From assembly GCA_030748735.1 (NCBI GenBank), contig JASMLK010000144.1, positions 47,383-111,382 of the forward strand: a stretch of DNA of 64,000 nt, read 5' to 3'. The position numbers and the translations under genes are program-made. Of this stretch, positions 30,954-45,496 are shown piece by piece. This DNA is from Myxococcota bacterium (GTDB lineage Bacteria; Myxococcota_A; UBA9160; UBA4427). The notes below the pieces were generated by a model that saw only the letters and a program-made list of their open reading frames with translations, did no database searches and was not told where the DNA came from. Every line of letters begins with the position of its first letter. Within the stretch, counting starts at the first letter, position 1.

Positions 30954-31313
30954 TCAGAGGCCCGCCGCAGCGAGGCCGGCCTGGATCTCTCGGGCTACGA
31001 TGCTGTGGCCGAGAGCGTTGAAGTGCCTGTCGGGCAGGTAGATCGAACGCTCCAACGCAGCTCGCTTCAATGCACCGAGGGTGTCGATGCTGATCACCCC
31101 ACGTTCTCGCGCCCAGGAGATCAGCGTCTTCTGCGGGTGCAGCGGGTCCGCGAGGAACGCGGCGCCTTCGGGTTGGTCTGCATGCAGAAGCTTCGTGAGC
31201 AGCTCGAAGTTCTCGCTGGTCTGAGGGCTCGACGGCAAAATGATCAGAATCAGGGGAATCCCATCCGCGCGAACATCAGCCTCGAGCGCATCGAGCAGCG
31301 CTCGGGGGAACAT
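30954..31313 (-). pseudogene. C-terminal fragment of an SGNH/AlgX-AlgJ-like hydrolase
   Basis: LILIILP...IYLPDRHFNALGHSIVA (DxH block); the N-terminal GDS block is missing and the fragment abuts the RND stop. Confidence 0.6.
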
Positions 31314-31344
31314 GCGCCAAGGGGGGAAGACCAGACGGTGTGAT

Positions 31345-34454
<3,110 letters not shown>

Positions 34455-34458
<4 letters not shown>

Positions 34459-35597
34459 GGGGAAGCGGGTTCCGGTGTGCCGGCTGCTGCGAGGTGAGCG
34501 GGTGCGAAGGGTTCGTCCCGCCGTTGGGTCCGTACGACGAGGCCGTCGACCAGGCGCGCCTGCCCGCTGGCCACCACCCATTCACCGGCTTCGATCCCCG
34601 AGCGTATCTCCACGGCGCCGGGTCGGTGTTCGCCGGTCTCTACTTCGCGTTTCTCGACGCGCCCGTCATCGTCCACCATGAAGACCATCGGCCCGAGTGC
34701 ACGCTGCATCACCGACTGTTCGGGGACCATGACGATGCCCGAACGCCGTGCAACGCCGAGGTCGACGAGTGCGAAAAGGCCGGGTCGAAGTTCGCCGGCC
34801 GGGTTGGGGAGCCGGGCCTCGACGCGCAACGTGCGGGTGCGCGCGTCGATGGTTGGAGACACCATGCTGACGCGGGCTTCGAAGACGCGTTCGGGTTGCG
34901 GTGCTACGCGCACGGCCACCGGTTGCCCGAGGGCGACGCGACCCGAGTCGCGCTCGGGTAGATGGAATTGGACTTCGACGGGATCCATCGCGACCAGCTC
35001 GTAGAGCGAATGCCCGGGCGTCACGAATTCGCCTCGGCTCACGGTGCGGCGCGCGATCAGTCCCGCGAACGGGGCGCGGACTTCGGCGTCGCGCAGGGCG
35101 CGTTCGGCTACGCCGAGCTGCGCTTCGACCGCGCGAAGCCGAGAGCGCGCCGATTCCAGGGTGGTGTTCGCAGCGTCGAGCAGCGCCTCGGACGTGGCGC
35201 CGCGTTCGTGCAGCTGCGCGATGCGCCGCTGCTCGCGTCTCGCTTCGTTGACCGACGCGGTGGCTTCGGAAAGTTGAGCGCGCGCGTTGGCGAGTTCGAG
35301 TTCGCGCTTTTCCGGGTCGATGCGGAGCAGGACTTCGTCCGCCTCGACCGCGTCGCTTTCGTCGCGCAGTACCTCGGTGACGCGTCCACCGATTTCGGCG
35401 GCGATCGTGGCGCGTTCGACCGCGCGCAGCTCCCCGGTCGACTCGATCCGCTCTTCGAGGTCGAAGGCCCCGACGCGCACGAGCTCGACGAGCGGGGCGG
35501 GCGGCTCCGGGGGCGTTTCCTGTGAACAGGCGGCAAGCGTGCAGCAGAGGGCGATCAGGCAGGATCGCCAGTAGCGGGGTTTCGGGTGCGGATGCAT
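34455..35597 (-). CDS. RND periplasmic adaptor (MFP) lipoprotein
   Basis: LAAC lipobox, lipoyl halves flanking a coiled coil (VRAPFAG), LRPGLFA; its stop overlaps the RND start. Confidence 0.92.
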
Positions 35598-35839
35598 GTG
35601 GGAGTGTGTCCGTGGCGGCGCCGGAACCGGGCGCGGTTCGCGCTGCCAGGGTGGGCTCCCAATCGTAGCGGAATTCCGGCCCGGCGAGATCCGCCTCGGG
35701 GTCCTCAGCCATGAACCGAGATCCGTTCCATCTATGCTGTGTTCCCAGCGAGGTCGGGCTGGCCACGCACCGCCCGCTACGGCGGTCGGAGAGGAGATTC
35801 CAGGTGAGCGCGACATCCACAGAGGCACGTCCGGCGGAA

Positions 35840-36118
35840 ATGTCCGAGTTCCGATCCCCCGAGCAGGAAAGGGCGGAGCAGGGAGCTGACATCCGCCCTG
35901 TCGAAGAGTTCACCCTCGAAGAGATCAACCCCTTCAACGCGCATCTGTTCAGTCAACATCGTTGGGGCGAGTACTTCGAACGCTTGCGACGGGAAGCCCC
36001 CGTCCACTTCAACGAGATCCAGACCGCCGGGCGGTACTGGTCGGTGACGAAGTACGACGACATCAAGGAAGTCAGTCCCGACTGTCGCGACACCGATGGG
36101 TATGGCGATCACACCTGA
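35840..36118 (+). pseudogene. N-terminal fragment of a cytochrome P450 (CYP153-like)
   Basis: HLFSQHRWGEYFERLRREAPVHF...YWSVTKYDDIKEV, then truncated; no heme-Cys region. Confidence 0.7.
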
Positions 36119-37500
36119 TCGGTCGCCTGCCCGAATGCCAGGACCTCCTCGAGCGCATCGCGCAGGCAGCGTTCGAACAGCGGCAGGTCCGTGACGGCCG
36201 CCGGGTCGATGTTGAACGACACGGCGCACTGACCGCAGTAGGAGAGCATCGTCGCCATCACGGCGATGCCGGGGACCGGACCGATTCCGATCTGCTTCAG
36301 GACGCGTGCGCCGGCGATGTAGATCGGCACGGGATGGGCGGGAACGTTGCTCGCCTGGAGGTCGGGAGCGGGGATCGATTCTGCCGTGCGCGCGGTGACG
36401 GCGGTCGGCAGGCCGAGCATCAGCGGCGTCAAATGGTCGAAGAAGTCGAGGGCAGCTTCTTCGCGAATCCGCAGCACGTCCTGCCGGATGGCGGACATGC
36501 AATCGCGCGGATCCCCGTCGAGGGGCAGCGCCAGCATGCCGCCGGTGAACTGGTTTCCGCCTTCGTCGTCTTCGGCTCTGCGCGTGCTGATCGGAATGGC
36601 GATCGGGATCGCATCGACCGGCTGCTCGAGTTCTTCGTGATATCGCCGCATCGCACCTGACAACACCGCGAGATAGGCATCGTTGATCGATGCACCGGCT
36701 CCCTTTGCTGCCGCCTTCATGTCGGCGAGTGGAAACTCGAGCACGAGGAGTCGACGGGAAGCGCCGCGTTCAGCGAGGAGCGGAGACGGCGGAGCGGTTT
36801 CACTCATGACGCGCCGCAGTGATGCGATGTACTCGCTCACTTGCGACGGCTCGGCCAGCCAACGCCGTGCGCGCCCGAACATCCCCTTCACGCGATCGAC
36901 GGCCGCGCCCGGCATGTCGCTGATCGCATTCTGCGCCAGCTGGTCGCCACTCAAGTCGGGTGACTCGGGCGCAGAAGGCATGGGGCGAAGGTCTGCACCT
37001 TCTTGATCGTCGAACAGAACCATCGAAATCTGCACGCCACCGAGCCCGTCCGCGATGGCGTGACTCGCTTTGAAGAAGAGCGCCGCCTGGCCATCCGCGA
37101 GACCTTCATAGAGCGTCGCGTACCAGAGCGGACGAGAGAGATCGAGCGGCGTCATCAACTCGGGCTCGAGGGCATCGAGGAGCGCGCGAAAACGACCCTC
37201 CGCCGAGGTGTCCTCGCTCGGCGGAACGGCCGCTCGGCGAAGGTGAAAGTCGAGGTCGAACCTGGGATCGACGGCCCAATGCGCGGGACCTACACCACCG
37301 GTGGGCTCGACGACGCGCTGGCGAAAGCGCAGGAATTCTCGCCCCGCTCGCTCGAAGGTGTGTTGAAGATCCGTCCACTTCGGCGCGCTCTCCAGCACAT
37401 AGATGGCGTAGGTGGTAGGCCGACGGATGGGGTCGCGCTCGCTTCGGAAGAAGAGCTCGTCCATCGGCGACATCGCTTCGGCGGTCGGTTGCTGTTTCAC
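36109..37500 (-). CDS. Wax ester synthase/diacylglycerol acyltransferase (WS/DGAT)
   Basis: FDLDFHLRR, PLDLSRPLW, SHAIADG (HHxxxDG variant), GNQF, SNVP, SYCG; GAGGA RBS before GTG 37500. Confidence 0.9.
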   Translation of the reverse strand: MKQQPTAEAMSPMDELFFRSERDPIRRPTTYAIYVLESAPKWTDLQHTFERAGREFLRFRQRVVEPTGGVGPAHWAVDPRFDLDFHLRRAAVPPSEDTSAEGRFRALLDALEPELMTPLDLSRPLWYATLYEGLADGQAALFFKASHAIADGLGGVQISMVLFDDQEGADLRPMPSAPESPDLSGDQLAQNAISDMPGAAVDRVKGMFGRARRWLAEPSQVSEYIASLRRVMSETAPPSPLLAERGASRRLLVLEFPLADMKAAAKGAGASINDAYLAVLSGAMRRYHEELEQPVDAIPIAIPISTRRAEDDEGGNQFTGGMLALPLDGDPRDCMSAIRQDVLRIREEAALDFFDHLTPLMLGLPTAVTARTAESIPAPDLQASNVPAHPVPIYIAGARVLKQIGIGPVPGIAVMATMLSYCGQCAVSFNIDPAAVTDLPLFERCLRDALEEVLAFGQATDQV

Positions 37501-37694
37501 GGTTCCTCGATCGGGCTTAGGGAAAGAGGGTGCCCTGCAAGTGTCTATCGAGCCCTGAAGATACGAAGAAACACCCTGAACTGCCCCTCGCCCGCTCGAC
37601 GGGCCCCGATCGCCCGTAGCGCGCGTAGCCCGACGCAGCGCAACGAAACGATGCGGAAAGCGACGTTTCGGCCCCCATGCGTGCCTGCTAAAAA

Positions 37695-37723
37695 TGAACA
37701 CGTTCAGAAAAGAACATGTTCAG
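37695..37723. promoter_or_regulatory. Tandem palindromic operators TGAACACGTTCA and GAACATGTTC, probable TetR sites
   Basis: Two GAAC-N2-GTTC palindromes 16 bp apart between the divergent WS/DGAT and TetR genes. Confidence 0.65.
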
Positions 37724-37778
37724 TAGATGGCAGCCGCCCGTTGGTCGGAGGGCCGGGGAAGAGAGGGAGAAAGCCGAA

Positions 37779-38546
37779 GTGGCATCGACGCCGAATCCCG
37801 CACGCAAGACGCGCGTCCACCCGAAGGTGTCCACCGGGGAAGAGGCCATTTCGGAAGGGCTGCGCGAGCGAAACAAGCGCGAGAAGCTCACGCGCATCAA
37901 GCGCGCCGCCCGGCAGCTCTTCGAAAAGCAGGGGTTCGAAGCCACGACCGCGCGCCAGATCTGCCAGCGAGCGAACATCGGCACCGGAACCCTCTTCCTG
38001 TACGCGCGCGACAAGCGCGACCTGCTCTTTCTGGTCTTCGAAGAAGAGGCGCGTCGGCTCTTCGAAGAGGGCAGTGAGCGTGCGGCGCGATCGTCTTCGC
38101 TCGTCGATGGATTGATGTTGCTCTTCGATGGCTTCATCGATTTCTATGCGCAGAACCCAGAGCTTTCGAAAGTGATTCTGCAGGAGCTCATGTTCCAGCC
38201 TCACGACGAAGGGGGGATGGGTGGCTTGACAGTGGAGTACCAGGTCGCGGTCGCTGCGCAGGTCGAGCGTGCGCAGCAACGGGGCGAGGTCGATTCGAGC
38301 GTGGCACCCGTCGCCGCCGCGACGGCTTGTTTCGCCCATTACACGCTCTGGTTGGGCTCCTGGTTGGGTGTGCGGATGATCACGCGAGAAGAAGCGCGAA
38401 AGGGACTTCGCCAGGCGCTCGAACTGCAGATGCAGGGGTTGGCTCCGAAGCCTGCCCGCAAAAGGCCGAAGCAGCCCGCGCGCCCGAAGCGCCCGGCCAA
38501 GAAGGGCGCGAAGGCGCGAAGAACCAAGACCCGGAAGAAGTCCTGA
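37779..38546 (+). CDS. TetR/AcrR family regulator with a basic C-terminal tail
   Basis: GLRERNKREK...AARQLFEKQGFEATT..QIC.RANIGTGTLFLY..DKRDLL HTH. Confidence 0.93.
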   Translation: MASTPNPARKTRVHPKVSTGEEAISEGLRERNKREKLTRIKRAARQLFEKQGFEATTARQICQRANIGTGTLFLYARDKRDLLFLVFEEEARRLFEEGSERAARSSSLVDGLMLLFDGFIDFYAQNPELSKVILQELMFQPHDEGGMGGLTVEYQVAVAAQVERAQQRGEVDSSVAPVAAATACFAHYTLWLGSWLGVRMITREEARKGLRQALELQMQGLAPKPARKRPKQPARPKRPAKKGAKARRTKTRKKS

Positions 38547-38583
38547 TCCGTACCGAACTCATGCAGAGCTGTAGAGGAACGAA

Positions 38584-41064
38584 GTGACGAACCACGACGC
38601 GAGACCGCACCAGCAGGCCACCGGGTTGCGCCGCATTCATGAGCACGTCGAAAGGGAATTCGAAGCGTGGGGCCATTGGGTCCATCGCCGTCGAAGACTC
38701 GTCATCACCGTGATGTCGCTGCTCCCGTTGATGTTGGCGTCGCAGATGTCGCAGATCGTTCTCGATGTTTCGAACGAAGCGTTCCTACACGAGCAGGACC
38801 CCGTTCGCATCCAGTACGACGAGTTTCGCAGGCAGTTCGGGATGGAGAGCATGATCCTCATCGCGATTCGCCCGCCCGAAGTCTTCGCCCCTGGGTTTCT
38901 CTCGAAGCTGCGCGCGCTGCACGAGGCGATGGAAGACGAAGTCCCGAACGTCGACGAAGTGATGAGCCTCATCAACGCGCGCGTCACGCGCGGCGAAGAT
39001 GACGAGTTGATCGTCGAAGAGCTCTTCGAAGATTGGCCAGAAACCCCCGAGGCCCTCGCCCGGGTCGAACAACTGGCATCGACCAATCCGTTGTATCGCA
39101 ACCTGCTGCTGTCGGAAGACGGCAGCATGACCGTCCTTTCGGTTCGGCTGTCCGCGTTTTCTGCTCTGGCTGGTGACGACGATTTCACCGCCGGTTTCGA
39201 AGGCGACACGGCTGACGTCGACGGCTCCGCCGCCAGCGTGCCTTTCATGACGCCCGTCGAACTCACACAAGCCGTGAAGGCGACCGAGGCCGTGCTGGCC
39301 GAGCATGTCGAGGACGATTGGGAGGTCTATTTCACCGGTGACCCGCCCGTTTCGGTGCGAATCGCCGAGGACATGCAGCAGAACATCGGGCTCTTCCTCG
39401 TCCTCGGTCTGCTGACGATCGCCGTCGTGCTCTACGTCCTCTTCCGCCGCCTTTCTGGCGTGTTGCTCCCGCTGTTGGTCGTCTTCCTTTCGATTCTCTC
39501 GACCTTCGGCGCGGTGGGGATGTCGGGGCTACCGCTCGGCGTTCCCTCGCAGATCTTGCCCTCGTTCCTGCTGGCCGTGGGGGTCGGGTCGGCGCTGCAC
39601 ATCATGGTGATCTTCTACCAGGAGTTCGATCGGGGAGCGACACCCGAAGATGCAGTGGCGTTTGCCCTGGGCCACTCCGGCCTCGCGGTTTCGATGGCCA
39701 GCGTGACCACCGCGGGCGGCCTGGCTTCCTTCACGGCCGCCGAATTGGCGCCGGTTTCGGTGTTGGGTTTCTTCGCTCCCTTTGGTGTCTTGATCGGCCT
39801 GGTCTTCTGCTTGACGTTGCTGCCCGCACTGCTGGTTTCGCTGCCATTGCGCAGGCGGGCGGTCGGCGCGGATACGTCAGAAGCGAGTGCGTACGAGCGC
39901 GGGCTGGCTCGCGTGGGTGACTTCTCGGTCGATCACGCGGGACCGGTTGCGATCGTCTGGCTTGCGTTGGTCGTGGTTTCGCTCATCGGAGCGAGTCGGC
40001 TGAGCTTCAGCCACGACACCCTGCGCTGGTTCCCGGAGGACGATCCGATTCGCACCCACATCGAAGCAGTGGACGCCGAGATGGGCGGCACGATGATGCT
40101 CGAAGTCGTGGTCGATACCGGTCGCGAGAACGGCCTGCACGAACCCGCCGCACTCGACGCGCTGTCCCGCTTCCATGAACGCGTCGCCAGCTTGACCGGG
40201 GCGGGAGGGCTGCACGTCGGCAAGGCGACGTCTCTACTCGATGTCGTCGAGGAGATCCACGCCGCCTTGAACGCCGACGAACTCGGCCCCGGCGAACGGC
40301 CGGCTGCACTGCCCGAAACCCGCGAAGCGATTGCGCAGGAACTTCTGCTCTTCGAGTCAGCGGGAAGCGACGATCTCGAGAAGGTCGTCGATTCCCAATT
40401 CAGCAGCGCGCGAATCACACTCAAGTTGCCCTACGTCGCGCCCATGAACTACGGGGAGTTCATTCCCGATGTGGAGGCGAGCCTGGACGAGTTCTTCGGC
40501 GGAAACGTCGAGGTCTACACCACGGGCTTCATGGCGCTGCTCGCGGCCGCGTTCAAGAGCCTGGGCACCAGCTTGCTCCGAAGCTACGCGCTCGCGCTCG
40601 TGATCATCGCGCCCCTCATGGTGCTGTTGATCGGGAATCTGCGCGGCGGGGCAGTCAGCATGTTGCCCAACCTGGCCCCCATCATCATGACCCTCGGACT
40701 GATGGGTTGGACGGGAATCTACCTCGACGCCTTCACCCTGTTGATCGGCAGCATCGCGATCGGTCTCGCCGTCGACGACACGATCCACTTCATGCACAAC
40801 TTCGAGCGCTACTACGAACGCAGCGGTGACGTGCGCGACGCTGTCGCGAAGACGCTGCGCACGACCGGCCAGGCGCTGCTCATGACCTCGATCGTGCTGT
40901 CGGCCGGCTTCTTCATCTACATGTCCGCCGCCCTGGAGAACTTCTTCTTCTTCGGCCTGCTGACGGGCTTTACCATCCTGGTTGCGTTTCTCGCCGACGT
41001 GGTTCTGGCACCCGCGCTGGTGGCCCTGGCGGCACGCAGGCCGCGAGCCGTCAGCGAAAGCTGA
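38584..41064 (+). CDS. MMPL/RND-family lipid transporter
   Basis: Two 1+5 TM repeats with large loops; SVTTAGGL, IAIGLAVDDTIHF. Confidence 0.9.
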   Translation: MTNHDARPHQQATGLRRIHEHVEREFEAWGHWVHRRRRLVITVMSLLPLMLASQMSQIVLDVSNEAFLHEQDPVRIQYDEFRRQFGMESMILIAIRPPEVFAPGFLSKLRALHEAMEDEVPNVDEVMSLINARVTRGEDDELIVEELFEDWPETPEALARVEQLASTNPLYRNLLLSEDGSMTVLSVRLSAFSALAGDDDFTAGFEGDTADVDGSAASVPFMTPVELTQAVKATEAVLAEHVEDDWEVYFTGDPPVSVRIAEDMQQNIGLFLVLGLLTIAVVLYVLFRRLSGVLLPLLVVFLSILSTFGAVGMSGLPLGVPSQILPSFLLAVGVGSALHIMVIFYQEFDRGATPEDAVAFALGHSGLAVSMASVTTAGGLASFTAAELAPVSVLGFFAPFGVLIGLVFCLTLLPALLVSLPLRRRAVGADTSEASAYERGLARVGDFSVDHAGPVAIVWLALVVVSLIGASRLSFSHDTLRWFPEDDPIRTHIEAVDAEMGGTMMLEVVVDTGRENGLHEPAALDALSRFHERVASLTGAGGLHVGKATSLLDVVEEIHAALNADELGPGERPAALPETREAIAQELLLFESAGSDDLEKVVDSQFSSARITLKLPYVAPMNYGEFIPDVEASLDEFFGGNVEVYTTGFMALLAAAFKSLGTSLLRSYALALVIIAPLMVLLIGNLRGGAVSMLPNLAPIIMTLGLMGWTGIYLDAFTLLIGSIAIGLAVDDTIHFMHNFERYYERSGDVRDAVAKTLRTTGQALLMTSIVLSAGFFIYMSAALENFFFFGLLTGFTILVAFLADVVLAPALVALAARRPRAVSES

Positions 41065-41198
41065 TCGCTCGTCTTTCGCTCAGGGGCTTGATCCCGGCAT
41101 GCTGGGGAGTACAAGCCAATTGAGCGTGATGAAGCACCGGCTGGGCTTCACGGTGGGAGTCCGTGCGCCGCGCGCGATCAATGCTCGAGGGAGGCACG

Positions 41199-41639
41199 AT
41201 GGCCGAAATCAAGAAGATCCTCGTACCGTATGACTTCTCGGAAGACTCGCGTGCGGCACTCGAGCTGGCGGCGACTTTCGCGAAGCAGTTCGATGCCCAC
41301 CTGACGCTGCTGCACTGCTATCAGAACGCCGTCCCCGATGCTGCGGCGCTCGACCTCGATGCCCCGGATCAGTTCTTTCACGCGCTCAAGAAAGCGGCGA
41401 GCGAGAAGCTCGAGGTGGTCCGGGAGGCCCTTCACGCCGAAGATCTCGTCGTGAGTACGAAGGTGCGGGCCAATGTCCCGTCCGAGGCGATTCGCGAGAT
41501 TGCGGAGGAGATGCCCGCCGACCTGATCGTGATGGGGACCCGAGGCATCAGCGGCCTCAAGCACGTGATCGTCGGGAGCGTGGCCGAGCGCACCGTCCGC
41601 GGGGCTCCTTGTCCGGTGGTGACCGTCAAGGCGGATTGA
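41199..41639 (+). CDS. Universal stress protein
   Basis: KILVPYDFS, ADLIVMGTRG, GSVAERTVR.APCPV. Confidence 0.94.
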   Translation: MAEIKKILVPYDFSEDSRAALELAATFAKQFDAHLTLLHCYQNAVPDAAALDLDAPDQFFHALKKAASEKLEVVREALHAEDLVVSTKVRANVPSEAIREIAEEMPADLIVMGTRGISGLKHVIVGSVAERTVRGAPCPVVTVKAD

Positions 41640-41668
41640 CGAAACCCCGTCGGTATCCCGGCGGATTC

Positions 41669-42667
41669 CTACGTCGCGTGGGCCGCTTCCACGAGGTTGC
41701 ACATCATGCGGATCGCGTCGTCGTGAGGAACACGACCACATCCACATGAAGTAGAAACCAGCAAGCGCTCGTCGGGAATGATCTCGCGCAGGGCGGCGAT
41801 CTGATCCGCCAGTGCCTGGCGCTCCTGGGGCTTCGCTTTGACGTCCGCGATCCCCGCGATCACCTCCATCGACTCTGGCACTTCCGACAGCAGCCCGCGC
41901 TCCTTCCACTGGCCGGTGTAGGAGCATTCCAGATGCACCCGATCGATCTGGCCTTCGAGCTGCTGGATCAGCGGGATCAGGTTTCGCAGGTGCTGTTCCT
42001 GGGTTGCGGGTCGACGTCCCATGTCGCCAAGGCAGAAGTGAATCGTGCGACGGACTGACGCGACCTTGCGGAACGGATAGACGATCCAGGGAACGAGTTC
42101 CTCAGGCTTTCGAGACTCGACCAGTGCCAGGATGGCTTCGAAGGGTGCGTCGAGCTGGATCTCCTGGGCGCCGGCACTCACCAGGTCGAGCACTTCGTTC
42201 TCGACGATGCGCGCGACGTTCTCCATCTGTGCGGGCAGGGAAGGGTCCGTGGGAAACGAAAGCGTCATCGTCAGCGGTGACGGAACGGCGGCTTTGTCGA
42301 GATCAGGTTGGATGGCCTTTTCCCGGCGATAGGCAAGTGCGTGACCGGTGCCGCGCGGCGCCAGGACGTCTCCCGCGATCCGGTAGTGGCCGATTCCCTC
42401 TGAACCCGCGCGATGGTCGCGCTCACGAACCACTTCGAGGCCGGTCAGGCGCGGCGGGACGTGGTGCACGAAATCGGGAGCAAACATCTCTCCGCCCATG
42501 ATCTGGTCGAGCCCGCAAGCCAGTTGCTCGTCCATGGCGATGCGAGCCGCGGCCTGCAGCACGTCGTGCGCTTCGTCGTCGCTCGAAGCGCCCTTGTAGT
42601 ACCGCGTGAGCCTGGGCTTCAGCCCAAACGGAATGGGCCAACTACCGACGACGGTGGTGCGAATCAT
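41669..42667 (-). CDS. Cobalamin-independent methionine synthase II family (MetE catalytic domain only)
   Basis: TTVVGSWP, IQLD, Zn ligands HFC, E and TSCGC; GGAGAGG RBS. Confidence 0.85.
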   Translation of the reverse strand: MIRTTVVGSWPIPFGLKPRLTRYYKGASSDDEAHDVLQAAARIAMDEQLACGLDQIMGGEMFAPDFVHHVPPRLTGLEVVRERDHRAGSEGIGHYRIAGDVLAPRGTGHALAYRREKAIQPDLDKAAVPSPLTMTLSFPTDPSLPAQMENVARIVENEVLDLVSAGAQEIQLDAPFEAILALVESRKPEELVPWIVYPFRKVASVRRTIHFCLGDMGRRPATQEQHLRNLIPLIQQLEGQIDRVHLECSYTGQWKERGLLSEVPESMEVIAGIADVKAKPQERQALADQIAALREIIPDERLLVSTSCGCGRVPHDDAIRMMCNLVEAAHAT

Positions 42668-42802
42668 GTCCAACCTCTCCTTGCCAGATAGCCAACGCGC
42701 GACGGCACAATGTACGGTGGAGAGTGTCCCTGTGCTGAGCCTTCTTCCTCGGCGAACACTGTACTGCGCAAGTTGAACGACTCGTCGCCTCAGAATAACG
42801 AA

Positions 42803-42834
42803 GAAGGCCCCGGAGCAAATGCCCCGGGGCCTTC
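42803..42834 (-). terminator. Intrinsic terminator of groEL
   Basis: gaaggccccgg...ccggggccttc stem about 40 nt past the groEL stop, followed by T-rich sequence on the - strand. Confidence 0.7.
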
Positions 42835-42875
42835 CGTGTTCCCTGCAATCCTTCCGCGCCTGAAGCGCGAAGTGA

Positions 42876-44531
<1,656 letters not shown>

Positions 44532-44819
44532 TTACTCGATGATCCCGAGGATGTCGTCCTCGCGAATGATGAGGTGTTCTTCACCGTCGACGTTGACTTC
44601 GGTGCCGCCGTACTTGCCGAACAGCACCTTGTCGCCCTTCTTCACGTCGAGGGGGCGTACGGTGCCGTCTTCGGCGACGCGCCCGTTCCCCACGGCAACG
44701 ACCTTGCCTTCCTGGGGCTTCTCTTTGGCGCTGTCGGGAATGATGATCCCGCCTTTCGTCTTTTCTTCCTCGTCGATTCGCTTCACGAGAATGCGATCTT
44801 GGAGCGGACGAATCTTCAT
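44532..44819 (-). CDS. groES: Co-chaperonin GroES
   Basis: [27 protein letters not shown]; 95 aa. Confidence 0.98.
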   Translation of the reverse strand: MKIRPLQDRILVKRIDEEEKTKGGIIIPDSAKEKPQEGKVVAVGNGRVAEDGTVRPLDVKKGDKVLFGKYGGTEVNVDGEEHLIIREDDILGIIE

Positions 44820-45057
44820 GAGTCCGTGTTTCCTCTCTACTGGTTTGCGAATGGTTCGCCTTGGGTTGGTAGTTGGAACTTTGATGTGAACTGGTGCTGC
44901 TTTGCTCCGGGCCGGCGAGCGACGAGGTCGTGCGACGGATGGAGCGAAATCTCGGTTCGCTTCTCTTTGCGCGGTGGGCCCGAGTGGCGTCGGCCGCGGG
45001 ATCGTTGCCTTTGTCGGGCGGTTCCGGGATCGAGACCCCGGCTCGCGGGCCGGGAGG

Positions 45058-45084
45058 TTGGCACTCGAACCTCCCGAGTGCCAA
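45058..45084. promoter_or_regulatory. CIRCE element (HrcA operator) upstream of groES
   Basis: TTGGCACTC-N9-GAGTGCCAA versus consensus TTAGCACTC-N9-GAGTGCTAA; hrcA is present in the window. Confidence 0.93.
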
Positions 45085-45094
45085 CGGGCGCGCC

Positions 45095-45122
45095 AGCCTA
45101 TTCCCGCGCGACCGGGCGTCAA
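45095..45122 (-). promoter_or_regulatory. Probable sigma70-type promoter of groES-groEL
   Basis: TTGACG-N16-TAGGCT on the - strand, 10 bp upstream of CIRCE. Confidence 0.6.
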
Positions 45123-45439
45123 GGCGGCTGACCGGGATGAGGCCAAAAAAACTTGCGCGCGTGGCCGATCGTCTGGCCTGGGCCGGGACCTCAGGCCCTT
45201 CGCGGTTCGGCCGATGAGTCTTGGGGAGCGGCAGCGGAAGCCAGGAAGTGCTGCAAGATCCACCACTTGGAGGTAGTGGCGCCCCGGCGCGCGAGATCAC
45301 CCGGGTGATGCGCTTCCTTTGCGACTGCGACCTCTATGCACTCGGGCTCGAACTCGACGGCGCGGACTTTCCCGTCTCTACCGCGCCGCGCCCTCCCGCA
45401 AACTCGCCGCCTGAGCACGAAGGCGCGCTGCCCATTGAC

Positions 45440-45485
45440 TTTCGCTTTCCTTTCGTGAAACCTGCGACACGAATCTGAAGCGAAA
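45440..45485. promoter_or_regulatory. Candidate LexA operators: TTCG-N7-TTCG and the inverted CGAA-N7-CGAA
   Basis: tttcgctttcctttcgtg (45440-45457) and the reverse complement of 45468-45485 (tttcgcttcagattcgtg) match at 14/18; the first abuts the TTGACT -35 of lexA. Confidence 0.6.
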
Positions 45486-45496
45486 GGGGGGTGGCG

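Noticed and set aside
37695-37723. Gram-positive-type SOS boxes
   Set aside because: The spacing is GAAC-N2-GTTC rather than N4, and the context favours TetR operators.
42674-42800. SAM or cobalamin riboswitch upstream of the MetE-like gene
   Set aside because: I could not identify any conserved riboswitch core motifs by eye.
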